Position numbers and translations under genes: made by a program. From the NCBI GenBank assembly GCA_003151535.1, contig PLXT01000115.1, forward strand, positions 33,941-97,940: a stretch of 64,000 nt of DNA, written 5' to 3'. The notes beneath the pieces are model-generated. The model did no database searches and was not told where the DNA came from. It was given only the letters and a program-made list of their open reading frames with translations. Numbering within the stretch: the stretch's first letter is position 1; each line of letters starts with the position of its first letter. Positions 37,793-48,086 of this stretch are shown in pieces. This stretch comes from Methanobacterium sp. (lineage in GTDB: Archaea; Methanobacteriota; Methanobacteria; Methanobacteriales; Methanobacteriaceae).

Positions 37793-39693
37793 ATCGCAAT
37801 CATTAAATTGATATTTTTACGTTCAATATCAACGCTGGTTACTTGGACAAGAACTTCATCGCCCAATCGTATAACACGCCCAGTATTATGTCCTTTCACA
37901 CAGTAGTGCTTCAGGTCAGTTATATAAGTATCCCCTTGTATTTCGCTAACTCTTACCATACCATCAACCTTGTTTTCAATCAATTCGACGAATACACCAT
38001 ATTCTGTAATGCTTGTTATTATACCCTTATATAAGAACCCAATTCTTTGACTCATATACACACTCTGCATATATTTAATACTCTCCCGTTCAGCCTTTTG
38101 CGCTTTGAGTTCACAATTGCTTAAGTATAAAGCCCAATGTTCCAATTGTTCAATACTGGGTGTGGGCTTTTGGGTTAAAAATCTATTTAAGAGTCTGTGT
38201 ACTATAATATCAGGATATCTTCTAATGGGGCTTGTAAAATGAGCATAATCTTCAAACCCCAATCCATAATGCCCCATATTTTTTGTAGTATAAAAAGCTT
38301 TTTGCATTGTTCTAACAACCAAATTAGAAACTAGATTTTCTTCAGTCTTACCCTTAACATCCACCAATAATTTATTCAAAGATTTTGCAATTTCTTGAGG
38401 AGAGGTTATCCTAATGTCATAATCAAACTCTTTTATAAATTTTTTCAAATCTAAAAGCTTTTCAGTGCTTGGTTCTTCGTGAACCCTACTGATAACAGGA
38501 TAGCTGTTATTTTTTAAAATACGTGCAACGGCTTTATTAGCCAAAAGCATAAATTCTTCAATCAACTTATTAGCATCTTTACTAGTCTTGAATATTATAT
38601 CAGTAGGCTTACCATCTACTAATTTAAATCTTATTTCATCTTTATCGAACGTTAGAGAACCATCTTTTAACCTATCCTTCCTTAACTTATTCGCTAGAAC
38701 ATTCAAGTCGATAATACACTTATCAGTACCATATACACTTGAATTATCTTCAATAACCATTTGTGCTCCTTCATACGTATACCTATGATTGGAATGGATA
38801 ATTGTCTTGCCAAACCACTCATGTAGAATATTAGCATCTTTATCCATTGTAAATATAACCGAGAAACACAACTTATCTTCATACGGCCTTAAGCTACATA
38901 GTTCATTGGATAGCCTCTCTGGTAACATAGGGACAACACGATCCACTAAATACACGCTAGTACCTCTGCGATAAGCCTCTTTATCTAAATCAGTGTCTGA
39001 TTTTAGATAATGCGATACATCAGCGATATGTACGCCAACTTGTATATTTCCATCAGCCCATTCCACAGATAATGCATCGTCAAAATCTTTAGCGTCTTCA
39101 GGATCAATTGTAAATGTTGTAACATTACGCATGTCTTTACGGCTTAAAATTTCATCTTCCGTTATTTCGGCAGATATAGATTTTGCTTCAGCCAAAACAT
39201 CATATTCGAAATTATACGGTAAACCATATTCATGTAGTATTGAATGAATTTCAGCATCATTATTGCCAGCATCCCCCAAAACCTGTATAACTTGTCCGTG
39301 TGGATTTTTACTATTTTTAGCCCAGTATTTTATCCTAACAATAGCTTTTTGACCATCTTTAGCTTTATTTAATTCGTTTAAAGGAATAAAAATATCCACG
39401 AGCAATTTATTACTATCAGGAATTAAATATGCACCAGTGGAAACCATGTTAATTGTACCAACATAGTCTTTTTTTGTCCTCCCAACTATTTTTGTAACAA
39501 CACCCTCTATATTTCTCCCGCCACCTTTAACTATAAGCACTTTAACAAGATCCAGATGTAATGCGTGATTAGTATTAGCTTTACTGATATATATCTCTTT
39601 AGGTAGCTTATCACTCTGAAGATAAGCGCTACCACTGGAATTAAAATTAATCGTACCTTTCAAAACATCTCCAATATTAATCATGTCGCCCAC
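37789..39693 (-). CDS. RNase R / RNase II-family 3'-5' exoribonuclease (RNB domain plus C-terminal S1 domain)
   Basis: RNB catalytic motif DPEDAKDFDDALS, cold-shock-like N-terminus, S1-like C-terminus (GIITSITEYGVFVEL). Confidence 0.8.
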   Translation of the reverse strand: MGDMINIGDVLKGTINFNSSGSAYLQSDKLPKEIYISKANTNHALHLDLVKVLIVKGGGRNIEGVVTKIVGRTKKDYVGTINMVSTGAYLIPDSNKLLVDIFIPLNELNKAKDGQKAIVRIKYWAKNSKNPHGQVIQVLGDAGNNDAEIHSILHEYGLPYNFEYDVLAEAKSISAEITEDEILSRKDMRNVTTFTIDPEDAKDFDDALSVEWADGNIQVGVHIADVSHYLKSDTDLDKEAYRRGTSVYLVDRVVPMLPERLSNELCSLRPYEDKLCFSVIFTMDKDANILHEWFGKTIIHSNHRYTYEGAQMVIEDNSSVYGTDKCIIDLNVLANKLRKDRLKDGSLTFDKDEIRFKLVDGKPTDIIFKTSKDANKLIEEFMLLANKAVARILKNNSYPVISRVHEEPSTEKLLDLKKFIKEFDYDIRITSPQEIAKSLNKLLVDVKGKTEENLVSNLVVRTMQKAFYTTKNMGHYGLGFEDYAHFTSPIRRYPDIIVHRLLNRFLTQKPTPSIEQLEHWALYLSNCELKAQKAERESIKYMQSVYMSQRIGFLYKGIITSITEYGVFVELIENKVDGMVRVSEIQGDTYITDLKHYCVKGHNTGRVIRLGDEVLVQVTSVDIERKNINLMIAM

Positions 39694-40198
39694 TTTTTAT
39701 TTCTGTTATATCAAAGGCGATATCCTTCGATGCACCCCAAACTTTAAATTCGGCAATGTGTAGTTCACGGTCTTCAAACATGTGAATAGTTTCAATCTTT
39801 GGGCACTTACTAATTAACCCTTCTAAATAATTTAATTTAACTTTCAATGTCTCTCCACCAGTGTTATACAAATATGTATCAAAAGTTAGATCGTAATGCT
39901 CTAATAATTTTTCAACCTCTGGAGACAATTTTTTTAGTCTCCCAGTCATCATTACCATAAGAGTATTTGGAGCATCCTTTTCTTTTATATAAGCAGCTAT
40001 TGTCTCTGGGATGACTGGCATTTCAAACATGTTAAAATCCAAACTCTGGGCGATTGACCACCACCCCTTGTGAGGCCATTTTTTTCCTGTTTTTTCCTCA
40101 TACTCTTTGCGGCCAATAGCAGGCATTGGCGTGTCGATGAGTGTCCCATCTAGATCAAATATCGCCAACCTATCTATTTTATTTAATTCCTTACCCAT
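39677..40198 (-). CDS. HAD-superfamily hydrolase (173 aa)
   Basis: motif I LAIFDLDGTLIDT. Confidence 0.5.
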   Translation of the reverse strand: MGKELNKIDRLAIFDLDGTLIDTPMPAIGRKEYEEKTGKKWPHKGWWSIAQSLDFNMFEMPVIPETIAAYIKEKDAPNTLMVMMTGRLKKLSPEVEKLLEHYDLTFDTYLYNTGGETLKVKLNYLEGLISKCPKIETIHMFEDRELHIAEFKVWGASKDIAFDITEIKSGRHD

Positions 40199-40518
40199 TT
40201 TAATATTCTTTTTATAAAACTATTATCCTCTTCCAAAGTATCTTTTTCCATTACAGAACCGTATATACGCTTTGTTGCTGAACTTACAAATTGCATCGTT
40301 ATTGCACCATGTGCGTCTATTGTTTGCTTTAAGGCACCATTTATTTTACGTAAAGTTACAACTTTTTTTCGGTTTAGTTTGTTTATCGTGATTAAATTAT
40401 TTTTTTCATACTCATCCACATACAATAAAATATTATTAATGTCAGGCTGAGCTTGATATAGCTCACGTATGATTTTATTTTTTAGCTTCTGTTTTCTAGT
40501 TCTAAAAGGTCTAGACAT
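40183..40518 (-). CDS. hypothetical basic protein (111 aa)
   Basis: ORF only. Confidence 0.4.
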   Translation of the reverse strand: MSRPFRTRKQKLKNKIIRELYQAQPDINNILLYVDEYEKNNLITINKLNRKKVVTLRKINGALKQTIDAHGAITMQFVSSATKRIYGSVMEKDTLEEDNSFIKRILKWVRN

Positions 40519-40545
40519 ATTATACGTTATTTTAATCCGTTAGGC

Positions 40546-40917
40546 TTAAACGATTTGAGGAGTTTGAAGCATTAGTATATACGGAGCATACACTGTAGGT
40601 GCTAACATGGGTTGTACTGGGACAAGGTGATTAGGGATAGGCTGATAAAAACGAGAGTTAATATTTTTATTACCCAATGGTCTTGGCCTCCAAAAATAAT
40701 CAAAGTTAAAACCTTTGTTTTGCTTATAGCACCAACTTTTAACGTACCATTTTATTTCTTTTCTTTTTAAATTGAAAATTTTTTCAAGTTCAAAACACAA
40801 GCTAAACTGGCTTTTACTATAGTTTAAGGAGAAGGAGTTAGATGCATTCTTATTAACAATTTCACCATCTTTAACAATGAAATTTTGTGTTAAATAATTA
40901 TGAATGAGTCGTTTCAT
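40546..40917 (-). CDS. hypothetical protein (123 aa)
   Basis: ORF only. Confidence 0.4.
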   Translation of the reverse strand: MKRLIHNYLTQNFIVKDGEIVNKNASNSFSLNYSKSQFSLCFELEKIFNLKRKEIKWYVKSWCYKQNKGFNFDYFWRPRPLGNKNINSRFYQPIPNHLVPVQPMLAPTVYAPYILMLQTPQIV

Positions 40918-41105
40918 TAATTTAAATTAAATGGTTGATCATCTTCTTTATCATCTTCGTCTTCAACCTCATCATCGCTATTTCGCACATTAATCGATTC
41001 TATTATATCACCACCTTCATCATATACCTCAACATCCAAATCACTATTATTTTCGTTGTAGTTAATAATTATAACATATTCTTTAAGATCGATTGTTTTT
41101 CGCAT
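40917..41105 (-). CDS. small acidic protein (62 aa)
   Basis: ORF only. Confidence 0.3.
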   Translation of the reverse strand: MRKTIDLKEYVIIINYNENNSDLDVEVYDEGGDIIESINVRNSDDEVEDEDDKEDDQPFNLN

Positions 41106-41377
41106 AGCTTTAATTTTTCTGGTCTACTTAACTGCTTTATTCGATATTCTTCTTTAGCTGCTAAACTTCTATTTTCAGCGAAGAAAAACGCAGCAAGTTT
41201 AACTGGTCTTCTTATTCTAGTATACTTAGCCCCTTTACCAGCATTGTGTTGCTTAATCCTTCTATTAATATCGTTTGTAATACCAGTATATAATGAATGA
41301 TCTGAACATTGTAGGATATAGACATACCATTCACGTATACAATTATTTTGCTTTTCGTTCATTAATCTTCTTTTCAA
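41069..41377 (-). CDS. GIY-YIG nuclease-superfamily protein (YhbQ/UPF0213-like, 102 aa)
   Basis: WYVYILQCSDHSLYTGITNDINRRIKQH...GKGAKYT. Confidence 0.6.
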   Translation of the reverse strand: MKRRLMNEKQNNCIREWYVYILQCSDHSLYTGITNDINRRIKQHNAGKGAKYTRIRRPVKLAAFFFAENRSLAAKEEYRIKQLSRPEKLKLCEKQSILKNML

Positions 41378-41817
41378 TCTTTTTCATTAATCTATCCAAT
41401 TGTTCTAAAGCTAACATTTGTGCAGTGTGCAGCATGGGTTTAGCCTCCTTCAAAGTAGCCCATCTATAGCCATCCATTTCTGGGAAGCCTCCCTTCTCAG
41501 GGGCCACATTTGAATTACATTTCAATTCAAACGATTCGAAATCAAAATTATTCTGGGTTTCAAATACTGCATAACAATACAGTATTTTTTTATCCGTTTC
41601 ATATTCTATAGGGTCCAAATTATGCATCACCTTCCATTCAGCCAAATCTACATTGGTCTCTTCGAATGTTTCCCTTAGAGCACTATCTAATAACTCCTCA
41701 CCCTTATCCACACGGCCTTTCGGTATGCTCCAAAAATTTGGACTATGTTTCGTTGGATGACATAATAGAATTTTATTATCTTTTCTAACTAAGAAAATCC
41801 CTGCTATTTTAACCATT
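41343..41817 (-). CDS. Nudix hydrolase (start trimmed to MVKIAGIFLV...)
   Basis: Nudix box GRVDKGEELLDSALRETFEETNV. Confidence 0.65.
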
Positions 41818-41818
41818 T

Positions 41819-43420
41819 TTACGGTTTTAAAGTTGTGTATTGTCCATTTATAAAGAAAATATGCTGTGCTTTTCCATCTTGATGTATGATAACATGTGCA
41901 TGTAACCAAGAACTAGCACCATTATTATAACCCAATCTAAGTTTGGTTGTTGTACCAACACATAGGGCACCGTCTTTGCGTTGAGGCGTATGCGAATGTG
42001 CGACTACAATCTTAGTATTTAAGCCCCTAAATTGAATGAATGTGCCTCTGCTGCCATTTTTACCAATATGTCCATGCTGGCCCAGTTCCCAATTTTTGAC
42101 TTTATAAGAATCATTTAAACCTAAGCTTTTAAATGAAGGATGATGCTTTTTTATTATTTCAGGTAACACACCCTTAACACCATCATTAACATCAACATGT
42201 TGTTTTAATAATAATGTACTATATTCCATATACACCATTGAATTCTTTGGCGTGGGTTGCTTTCGCCAATCTTCATTCGCCAACCAACGGTCTATAAAAT
42301 CATCATGATTACCCCTGGAAATAACGACATTTTCAAAATCATTAAAAGGTTTTAATCCTTCGATCAAAGCATCTATTTCCCCTTGTACGGAATTAGTACC
42401 ATTAATTTCTTTAGCGTATTGAACAAACGGATTTTTCATCTCATGATGATTAATTGATGCCCCATCAAATGCATCATGTATCACGACATGCTTTGGTTTT
42501 AAAAGACTAGTCAATTCAAACGTTTTATTTAAAACATCTTCATCATGTTGGCCATAATGTAAATCACCCATTATTAAAGCTTCGCATTCATTTATCGTTT
42601 GGACTTTACCTTCTTCCACTTTGAAGTAAAGGTCGGTGAAGGCACCAGTGACATCATCTGCAGTTACTTGTCTAACAAAAAACATTTTATCATCCTTTAT
42701 CTCAACAACTACAAATCCAAACGTATGGTGAAACTCGCCCTTTTTACCTGCTTTACTGTCAGTATAATTTATTAATGTTACAGCACCTGTGGTTAACATC
42801 ATTTTAGGATAATTACCTTGAAGAACTGGAATCATTTCCATTTGTACCTTGGGGCTACCAAAAATACAAGAATTCATTCCGCTCATTGCTTGTAGACCAC
42901 TCATTGGGTTAGTTGCAGTGGGTTGAATTTTAATATCACTCATGACCGATAAATATTTATGTATGTCATGACGATTAGCATCTAAATATGGTAGAACTTC
43001 ATCGACCCAAAAATCAGAATCAACATCAGTAAAAACACTTGTTGGATTCTTGTACCTTCCAGCTATTATATGTAAGCCAGCATCCAAAAAATTTGTGTAT
43101 GCCAATATATTTTCAAAAAATGCTTTATGTACGGGCGTATTATTCTGGGCGAAAGTAATAATGAATCTTTTTTTAGTAGTGTCAACAACCTTTATCTTAG
43201 CCAACTTATAATGTTCAGATTCAACATCTTTTTTTTCTTTTAGACCCATATTTTCGTTGGTCCATTTTCTCATTGTGCGCTGAGTAACACCAAATTCATT
43301 AGCCAATTTAGACGCGCGATCTTCCCAAGAACCATTCTCCTTATCAAAATATACTTTTTTAATATAGTCAATATCTTTTTGTTTTAAATCTTTAAATTTT
43401 TTAACCTTTCTTTTGCTCAT
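41819..43420 (-). CDS. metallophosphoesterase-domain protein with basic N-terminal HTH-like segment (533 aa)
   Basis: DLHYGQ, GNHD-like (RGNHDDFIDRW) and GH-type motifs; function unknown. Confidence 0.35.
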   Translation of the reverse strand: MSKRKVKKFKDLKQKDIDYIKKVYFDKENGSWEDRASKLANEFGVTQRTMRKWTNENMGLKEKKDVESEHYKLAKIKVVDTTKKRFIITFAQNNTPVHKAFFENILAYTNFLDAGLHIIAGRYKNPTSVFTDVDSDFWVDEVLPYLDANRHDIHKYLSVMSDIKIQPTATNPMSGLQAMSGMNSCIFGSPKVQMEMIPVLQGNYPKMMLTTGAVTLINYTDSKAGKKGEFHHTFGFVVVEIKDDKMFFVRQVTADDVTGAFTDLYFKVEEGKVQTINECEALIMGDLHYGQHDEDVLNKTFELTSLLKPKHVVIHDAFDGASINHHEMKNPFVQYAKEINGTNSVQGEIDALIEGLKPFNDFENVVISRGNHDDFIDRWLANEDWRKQPTPKNSMVYMEYSTLLLKQHVDVNDGVKGVLPEIIKKHHPSFKSLGLNDSYKVKNWELGQHGHIGKNGSRGTFIQFRGLNTKIVVAHSHTPQRKDGALCVGTTTKLRLGYNNGASSWLHAHVIIHQDGKAQHIFFINGQYTTLKP

Positions 43421-43430
43421 AATTTTAATT

Positions 43431-43649
43431 TTACCAAGAATCGTAGTCTGTTATGTTTTCATCCAATTCAGGAACGTCTGATCTACCTACTATTATAATA
43501 CATCCAATTCCTGTTGGAATGAATTTAAACCAATGACCTCCACCAGCAGCCCCAAAATGACCTGCGGATATTTGTGGGAGTTTATTTAACCACTTATTAT
43601 ATTTTTCCTCTTCCGAAGGAGACAAATCAAAATTATACGACATCTTCAT
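43431..43649 (-). CDS. hypothetical protein (72 aa)
   Basis: ORF only. Confidence 0.3.
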   Translation of the reverse strand: MKMSYNFDLSPSEEEKYNKWLNKLPQISAGHFGAAGGGHWFKFIPTGIGCIIIVGRSDVPELDENITDYDSW

Positions 43650-43986
43650 TTTTTTTCCATAACCGAATATTGTATTTAGTTTTATAATGGCCTAAATCAA
43701 AACTGCCAGTATATAGTAGAATATCCAAAGCTGTTGGTAATTCAGATAATAAGAGATCCCAACCAGCTTTTTGTTCTGGCGTGTAATCTCTGAAATCAGA
43801 TGGGTCAAAAATTTCAGGCTTACCATTTAATATTAAATCAACTTCTTCATAAATATTAATCAAATCCTGTGTTTCATTTTCCCCAAATTGCGATACATAC
43901 AAAGTATTAGCATATTGAAGATTCCACCTCAGCTTGGTTAATAGTAAAATGTGTTCTTTTTTTAACTCAAATGTAATTACACTCAT
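43633..43986 (-). CDS. hypothetical protein (117 aa)
   Basis: ORF only. Confidence 0.4.
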   Translation of the reverse strand: MSVITFELKKEHILLLTKLRWNLQYANTLYVSQFGENETQDLINIYEEVDLILNGKPEIFDPSDFRDYTPEQKAGWDLLLSELPTALDILLYTGSFDLGHYKTKYNIRLWKKNEDVV

Positions 43987-44000
43987 ATTATTAACGGATT

Positions 44001-44417
44001 TTATGAAAATCCTTTTCCTAGTTTTTTCTGCCTTATTTTTTCAAGTTTTTCATCAACACGTTTCTGAACCTCTTCATTAAACTTTCTAGTTAACAATTTT
44101 TCGCATAATTGTTCCGCTATCGTGTCAAACTTATAATTAACGTAAGCTTCTAGTTCTTTTTCAAGTCTATGTATTTTATCAACTAAAATATTCTCAATTC
44201 TTTTGCGTTCAAGAATAAGTGTATCATCTTCTCTTAAATTGCCAATCTCGGCTCTAATAAATTCGCGGATCACAAGTATTGTTTCTTGTTTTGTAACAAG
44301 AAGAATATCACCATTATTATTCTCAATTGGCAAATAATCACCACTATCCGCTTTTTTTAATCTGCGAGGTAGTGGTTTTTGGTTTAAAGACGTTACATTT
44401 ATCCCTACTGCTGGCAT
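44001..44417 (-). CDS. hypothetical coiled-coil protein (138 aa)
   Basis: ORF only. Confidence 0.4.
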   Translation of the reverse strand: MPAVGINVTSLNQKPLPRRLKKADSGDYLPIENNNGDILLVTKQETILVIREFIRAEIGNLREDDTLILERKRIENILVDKIHRLEKELEAYVNYKFDTIAEQLCEKLLTRKFNEEVQKRVDEKLEKIRQKKLGKGFS

Positions 44418-44451
44418 AAAATCAATATATTAAAAAATAAGAAAAAGAAAA

Positions 44452-44925
44452 CTATTTTCCTTCTTTAATTAGATCCTCACGTACCTTTGTGACTATTTCA
44501 CCCAACCAATTTGTTCCTTGCCATTGGCTTTTATCTTGGATTCTACTATCGGTTTCACCTAAACCAATACCCCAAATTTTATCAACAGGAGAAGCTTCAA
44601 CCAGTTCGGTACCAATAGTTTCCATAAGACTATTATAGAAACTTTTATTTTGCGTGAACTTTGCATAATTACCCTTATACACAATGTCCTTACAAACTGC
44701 TTCCCATTTCTCTTTATTAAACCCACGGATTTGGCGACCAAGTGCTTTCTGTTCTGCTGGATTTTTCGTTGCCAGTATTTTTTTGAATATCTCACGGTCT
44801 TCAAAAAGCAAAGCCTTTTGTGCCATCATGAATTGTTCCGCTGTTCCATAACCAATGCCGTCAACAACGAAACTTGAACGAGCCCATTGACTGAACGGAC
44901 CACCGTAGAAAAATGTGTATTTCAT
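44452..44925 (-). CDS. NADAR/YbiA-family (DUF1768) protein, putative ADP-ribose/N-glycoside hydrolase
   Basis: FFYGGPFSQWARSSF...DGIGYGTAEQFMMAQKA...W.G.N.LG pattern of the YbiA/NADAR family. Confidence 0.6.
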   Translation of the reverse strand: MKYTFFYGGPFSQWARSSFVVDGIGYGTAEQFMMAQKALLFEDREIFKKILATKNPAEQKALGRQIRGFNKEKWEAVCKDIVYKGNYAKFTQNKSFYNSLMETIGTELVEASPVDKIWGIGLGETDSRIQDKSQWQGTNWLGEIVTKVREDLIKEGK

Positions 44926-44926
44926 A

Positions 44927-46225
44927 TTACCCTATTTTAAAACCCATTGAATTACCTACTAAATTTTGACTAGAATAAAACCCTTTATAAGACTCAGTAA
45001 TCAAACTTATAGTATCTTCCAACGACCAATTTGGATCATCCTCGGACATTTCCTTAATATTATCGGCCAAGTTTGCAATAAAAGCCCCTGTGATATCAGC
45101 TTTTTTACCATTAATCCTATCATTTAACGCAGCATATACTTCCTTGATGTGATACTTTACAGGTAGATGAATTTGACACACTTTTTCAATCTGCTCAGGA
45201 GTTAAGAATGTATAATCTAATGTCATGTTGAAACGCCCTGGTCTTTCAGCGGCCTTATCTACTAAACCCTTATCATTCGTGGATGCCAATAAACTGATTT
45301 TTCTCTTTTTAACACCATCAAAGAATGATAAAAATTCACCCAGTAATTTGGTATAACTACCATTATCCCTTGACCCCAAATACAGATCAATATCATCCAT
45401 TATAATTACACCTCTTTCAAAGATCTCACACGCTTCAAGTATTACACTTAAATCATCACACGTGGTAAAATCTGGTATTATAAAAGTAACTTGTGGAGTT
45501 AATACTTTAATAATATCTCGTATACTTTGGGTTTTGCCCGTTCCAGGCGCACCATTTAATAGATACCTAGCACTACTACCCCTTTTCACACGATTAACGA
45601 AATGATCAATATATTTTCTCTGTACGTCACTTAATATGAGTTTGGAATCATCCTTTTTGAATTCAATAATTTCAATACCCCTGAATCTACCCTCTTTTAA
45701 CTTAACCTTAATACACTTTCCACAATACTCGGAATTGTTGAAAGCTAATTTTTTTAACTCCTTTAATTTATTACCCAATGCATCGGCTGTAACCCCTTCT
45801 TTCACACTTATATGTATTTCAGTAATAAGCTCCTTAGTGTTATCTAGAAAAATTTTAGTGGAGATAATATAATCATTATCATCATTATCAAACTTTCCGC
45901 CAAACCACCAACCATCATTAGCATTAAAACTACCACCATGATTAATTCTACCTACATCGTCCGTATAACCATAGGATGTTACGCTTATTGGTGGTACCGA
46001 TTTACGATACATAGAATATAGATACTTATTTATAATAGCAAATTCTATAAAACTTATAGGAAACGTGCAACTCCTACTGTCATATATATCATTATCTATG
46101 TCTAGATCTTCACCATCATAAGTCTCTTCCAAACCAAGCATTTCTTTTATCTTATCAAAAGCCTCAATATCATATTCACTAGGTTGTTCTGGAGATCCAG
46201 TTTTAAGATTGTTTTTTCTTAACAT
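44927..46225 (-). CDS. AAA+ ATPase-domain protein (432 aa)
   Basis: Walker A LLNGAPGTGKTQS, Walker B VIIMDDIDLY. Confidence 0.6.
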   Translation of the reverse strand: MLRKNNLKTGSPEQPSEYDIEAFDKIKEMLGLEETYDGEDLDIDNDIYDSRSCTFPISFIEFAIINKYLYSMYRKSVPPISVTSYGYTDDVGRINHGGSFNANDGWWFGGKFDNDDNDYIISTKIFLDNTKELITEIHISVKEGVTADALGNKLKELKKLAFNNSEYCGKCIKVKLKEGRFRGIEIIEFKKDDSKLILSDVQRKYIDHFVNRVKRGSSARYLLNGAPGTGKTQSIRDIIKVLTPQVTFIIPDFTTCDDLSVILEACEIFERGVIIMDDIDLYLGSRDNGSYTKLLGEFLSFFDGVKKRKISLLASTNDKGLVDKAAERPGRFNMTLDYTFLTPEQIEKVCQIHLPVKYHIKEVYAALNDRINGKKADITGAFIANLADNIKEMSEDDPNWSLEDTISLITESYKGFYSSQNLVGNSMGFKIG

Positions 46226-46823
46226 TCGTTTTTATATTTTTAAATCTACTAATTATTTCTTTATACGAAATGGGTGTATAGTTTATTACATTGCAACCCA
46301 CATCAATTACTCGCCTGTTTTTATAATAATCTGCAGATTCACCATGATGTAAGTTACCGTGAGAGTGGCCATGAATATGAGAACTACCATGATGCATTCT
46401 ATTCCATGAATAGATAGGATAATGCATAAGAACAAAATGCTCATTCGGATGTTCTGGATCTCCATCAATATTCAAATCCACATAATCATTCACGCTTTCA
46501 AATCTTTTATAATCCACAACATCGTTGTACTTATCGTGATTACCAATAATATAATGAATCTTACCCCTCAAAGCAAAAATAACACTGTTAGCCCACTCCT
46601 TTCTTCCGAAAACTAAATCACCCAAATAAAAAACAATATCATTATCACCCACTGTATCATTCCAATTTTTTATTATTGTTTGATGCATTGCCAATACATC
46701 TGGATTACCAGCTTCATCTAAAAAAGGTCTATTATCAAATCCTATTACATTCTTATGCCAAAGATGAAAATCGCTTATAAAGAATATATTCTTCCCATCA
46801 CTCACATCAACTTTTATTTTCAT
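46203..46823 (-). CDS. calcineurin-like metallophosphoesterase (206 aa)
   Basis: FFISDFHLWH, LGDLVFG, GNHDKY and GHSH motifs. Confidence 0.6.
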   Translation of the reverse strand: MKIKVDVSDGKNIFFISDFHLWHKNVIGFDNRPFLDEAGNPDVLAMHQTIIKNWNDTVGDNDIVFYLGDLVFGRKEWANSVIFALRGKIHYIIGNHDKYNDVVDYKRFESVNDYVDLNIDGDPEHPNEHFVLMHYPIYSWNRMHHGSSHIHGHSHGNLHHGESADYYKNRRVIDVGCNVINYTPISYKEIISRFKNIKTNVKKKQS

Positions 46824-47197
46824 CCAGCATTCTTTAAAAGATAAAATGTTATAAACAATTGAGCGAAGTGTAGATACTGATCAGCGCCGATGCTTACAAA
46901 AAAATTATGGATATCCCCTTTAGCGTATAATTTTGAATTCAATCTACTAGTAAAATAATCAGTTACCCAATGACACCCAAACGTTATTAACGCAAAAAAC
47001 TCCATGTTATAATTTTGAGTAACTATTGTATATGCATTTGCAAAGAAAAACCACACTAAAGAATATGTTGCAACATGTTGCGTTAATGCCGCATTGCTTT
47101 TACTTTTATTTTTTGCTTGTTCATCTGATTGAAGAACAAAGTCTGAAAACCAATGTATTAAAAGAATAACTAAGATCTCTGGTAACGTAATACTCAT
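46820..47197 (-). CDS. integral membrane protein (125 aa)
   Basis: 4 hydrophobic helices. Confidence 0.4.
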   Translation of the reverse strand: MSITLPEILVILLIHWFSDFVLQSDEQAKNKSKSNAALTQHVATYSLVWFFFANAYTIVTQNYNMEFFALITFGCHWVTDYFTSRLNSKLYAKGDIHNFFVSIGADQYLHFAQLFITFYLLKNAG

Positions 47198-47493
47198 TTT
47201 TTCGTATTTAAAATCAAATAATAATGCATACCCACGTTATTATCAACCGCATAATAAACCCATTTCAATTCTTTCTTTGCAACCCTTTCACCTAATTCTC
47301 TGAATTTTTCTTGAGGTTCATTTTCAGCAATACGTACATATTTTTTACTATCAAACCTAGGAGCCTTTGTATCAACAGGTGGTAACGTTTCTATACCGTT
47401 TTTAGTTATTTTTAACCTTGGCGGTAATTTATTCACCACTTTCTTTTTGTTTATTGTTTTTTTAAAACTTTTTTTCTTTTTCATATAAAACAA
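47194..47493 (-). CDS. basic protein (99 aa)
   Basis: ORF; a TAGATTTG -7-like box about 12 nt upstream. Confidence 0.4.
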   Translation of the reverse strand: MFYMKKKKSFKKTINKKKVVNKLPPRLKITKNGIETLPPVDTKAPRFDSKKYVRIAENEPQEKFRELGERVAKKELKWVYYAVDNNVGMHYYLILNTKK

Positions 47494-47534
47494 TAAACTT
47501 TTACAAATCTACTAAGTAATTATTGTAGATGCAA

Positions 47535-48086
47535 TTACTGTAGATTATAATTTTTCTTAGTACCATCCGATTTAGAATATATAAAATTTTTAATTTCAGG
47601 ATTGGTTAGCTTCACACCTGAAAATTCCTTGATGTATTTCTTCGCTGTACCCTTCTTCAGATAGGCTATCGTACAATGTGGATGATAATTAGGAAACTGA
47701 CAAGTATGTGGTAATTTCTTGAAGAGTTTATTTAATTTGACTAAATCAGAACTCTCAATATCAAATTTTAAGACATCGAAATCATCATTAGTAAAAGAAG
47801 TAATGCTACCAAACTCAATAAGAGGCTCCTTAATCGTTTCAATTAAGTCTTCAACATCCTTGTCAGGTACATCGGTGTGAATACCGTATAATACTGTTAT
47901 GTGTGGGTTCATCTCACGACCAGCACCAGTTTCATAAGCGCTTATATCCTCATCAGATATTTTACTTTGAAACTCTTTCCATTCGTCCGAATCAACTTTA
48001 AGGATAACAGCTACATTATTGTAATCATACACCCTTTTGGCTTCTAATAAAGCTTGTCTTAATTTATCCTTTAGATTCATCTTCAT
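47535..48086 (-). CDS. hypothetical protein (183 aa)
   Basis: ORF only. Confidence 0.45.
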   Translation of the reverse strand: MKMNLKDKLRQALLEAKRVYDYNNVAVILKVDSDEWKEFQSKISDEDISAYETGAGREMNPHITVLYGIHTDVPDKDVEDLIETIKEPLIEFGSITSFTNDDFDVLKFDIESSDLVKLNKLFKKLPHTCQFPNYHPHCTIAYLKKGTAKKYIKEFSGVKLTNPEIKNFIYSKSDGTKKNYNLQ

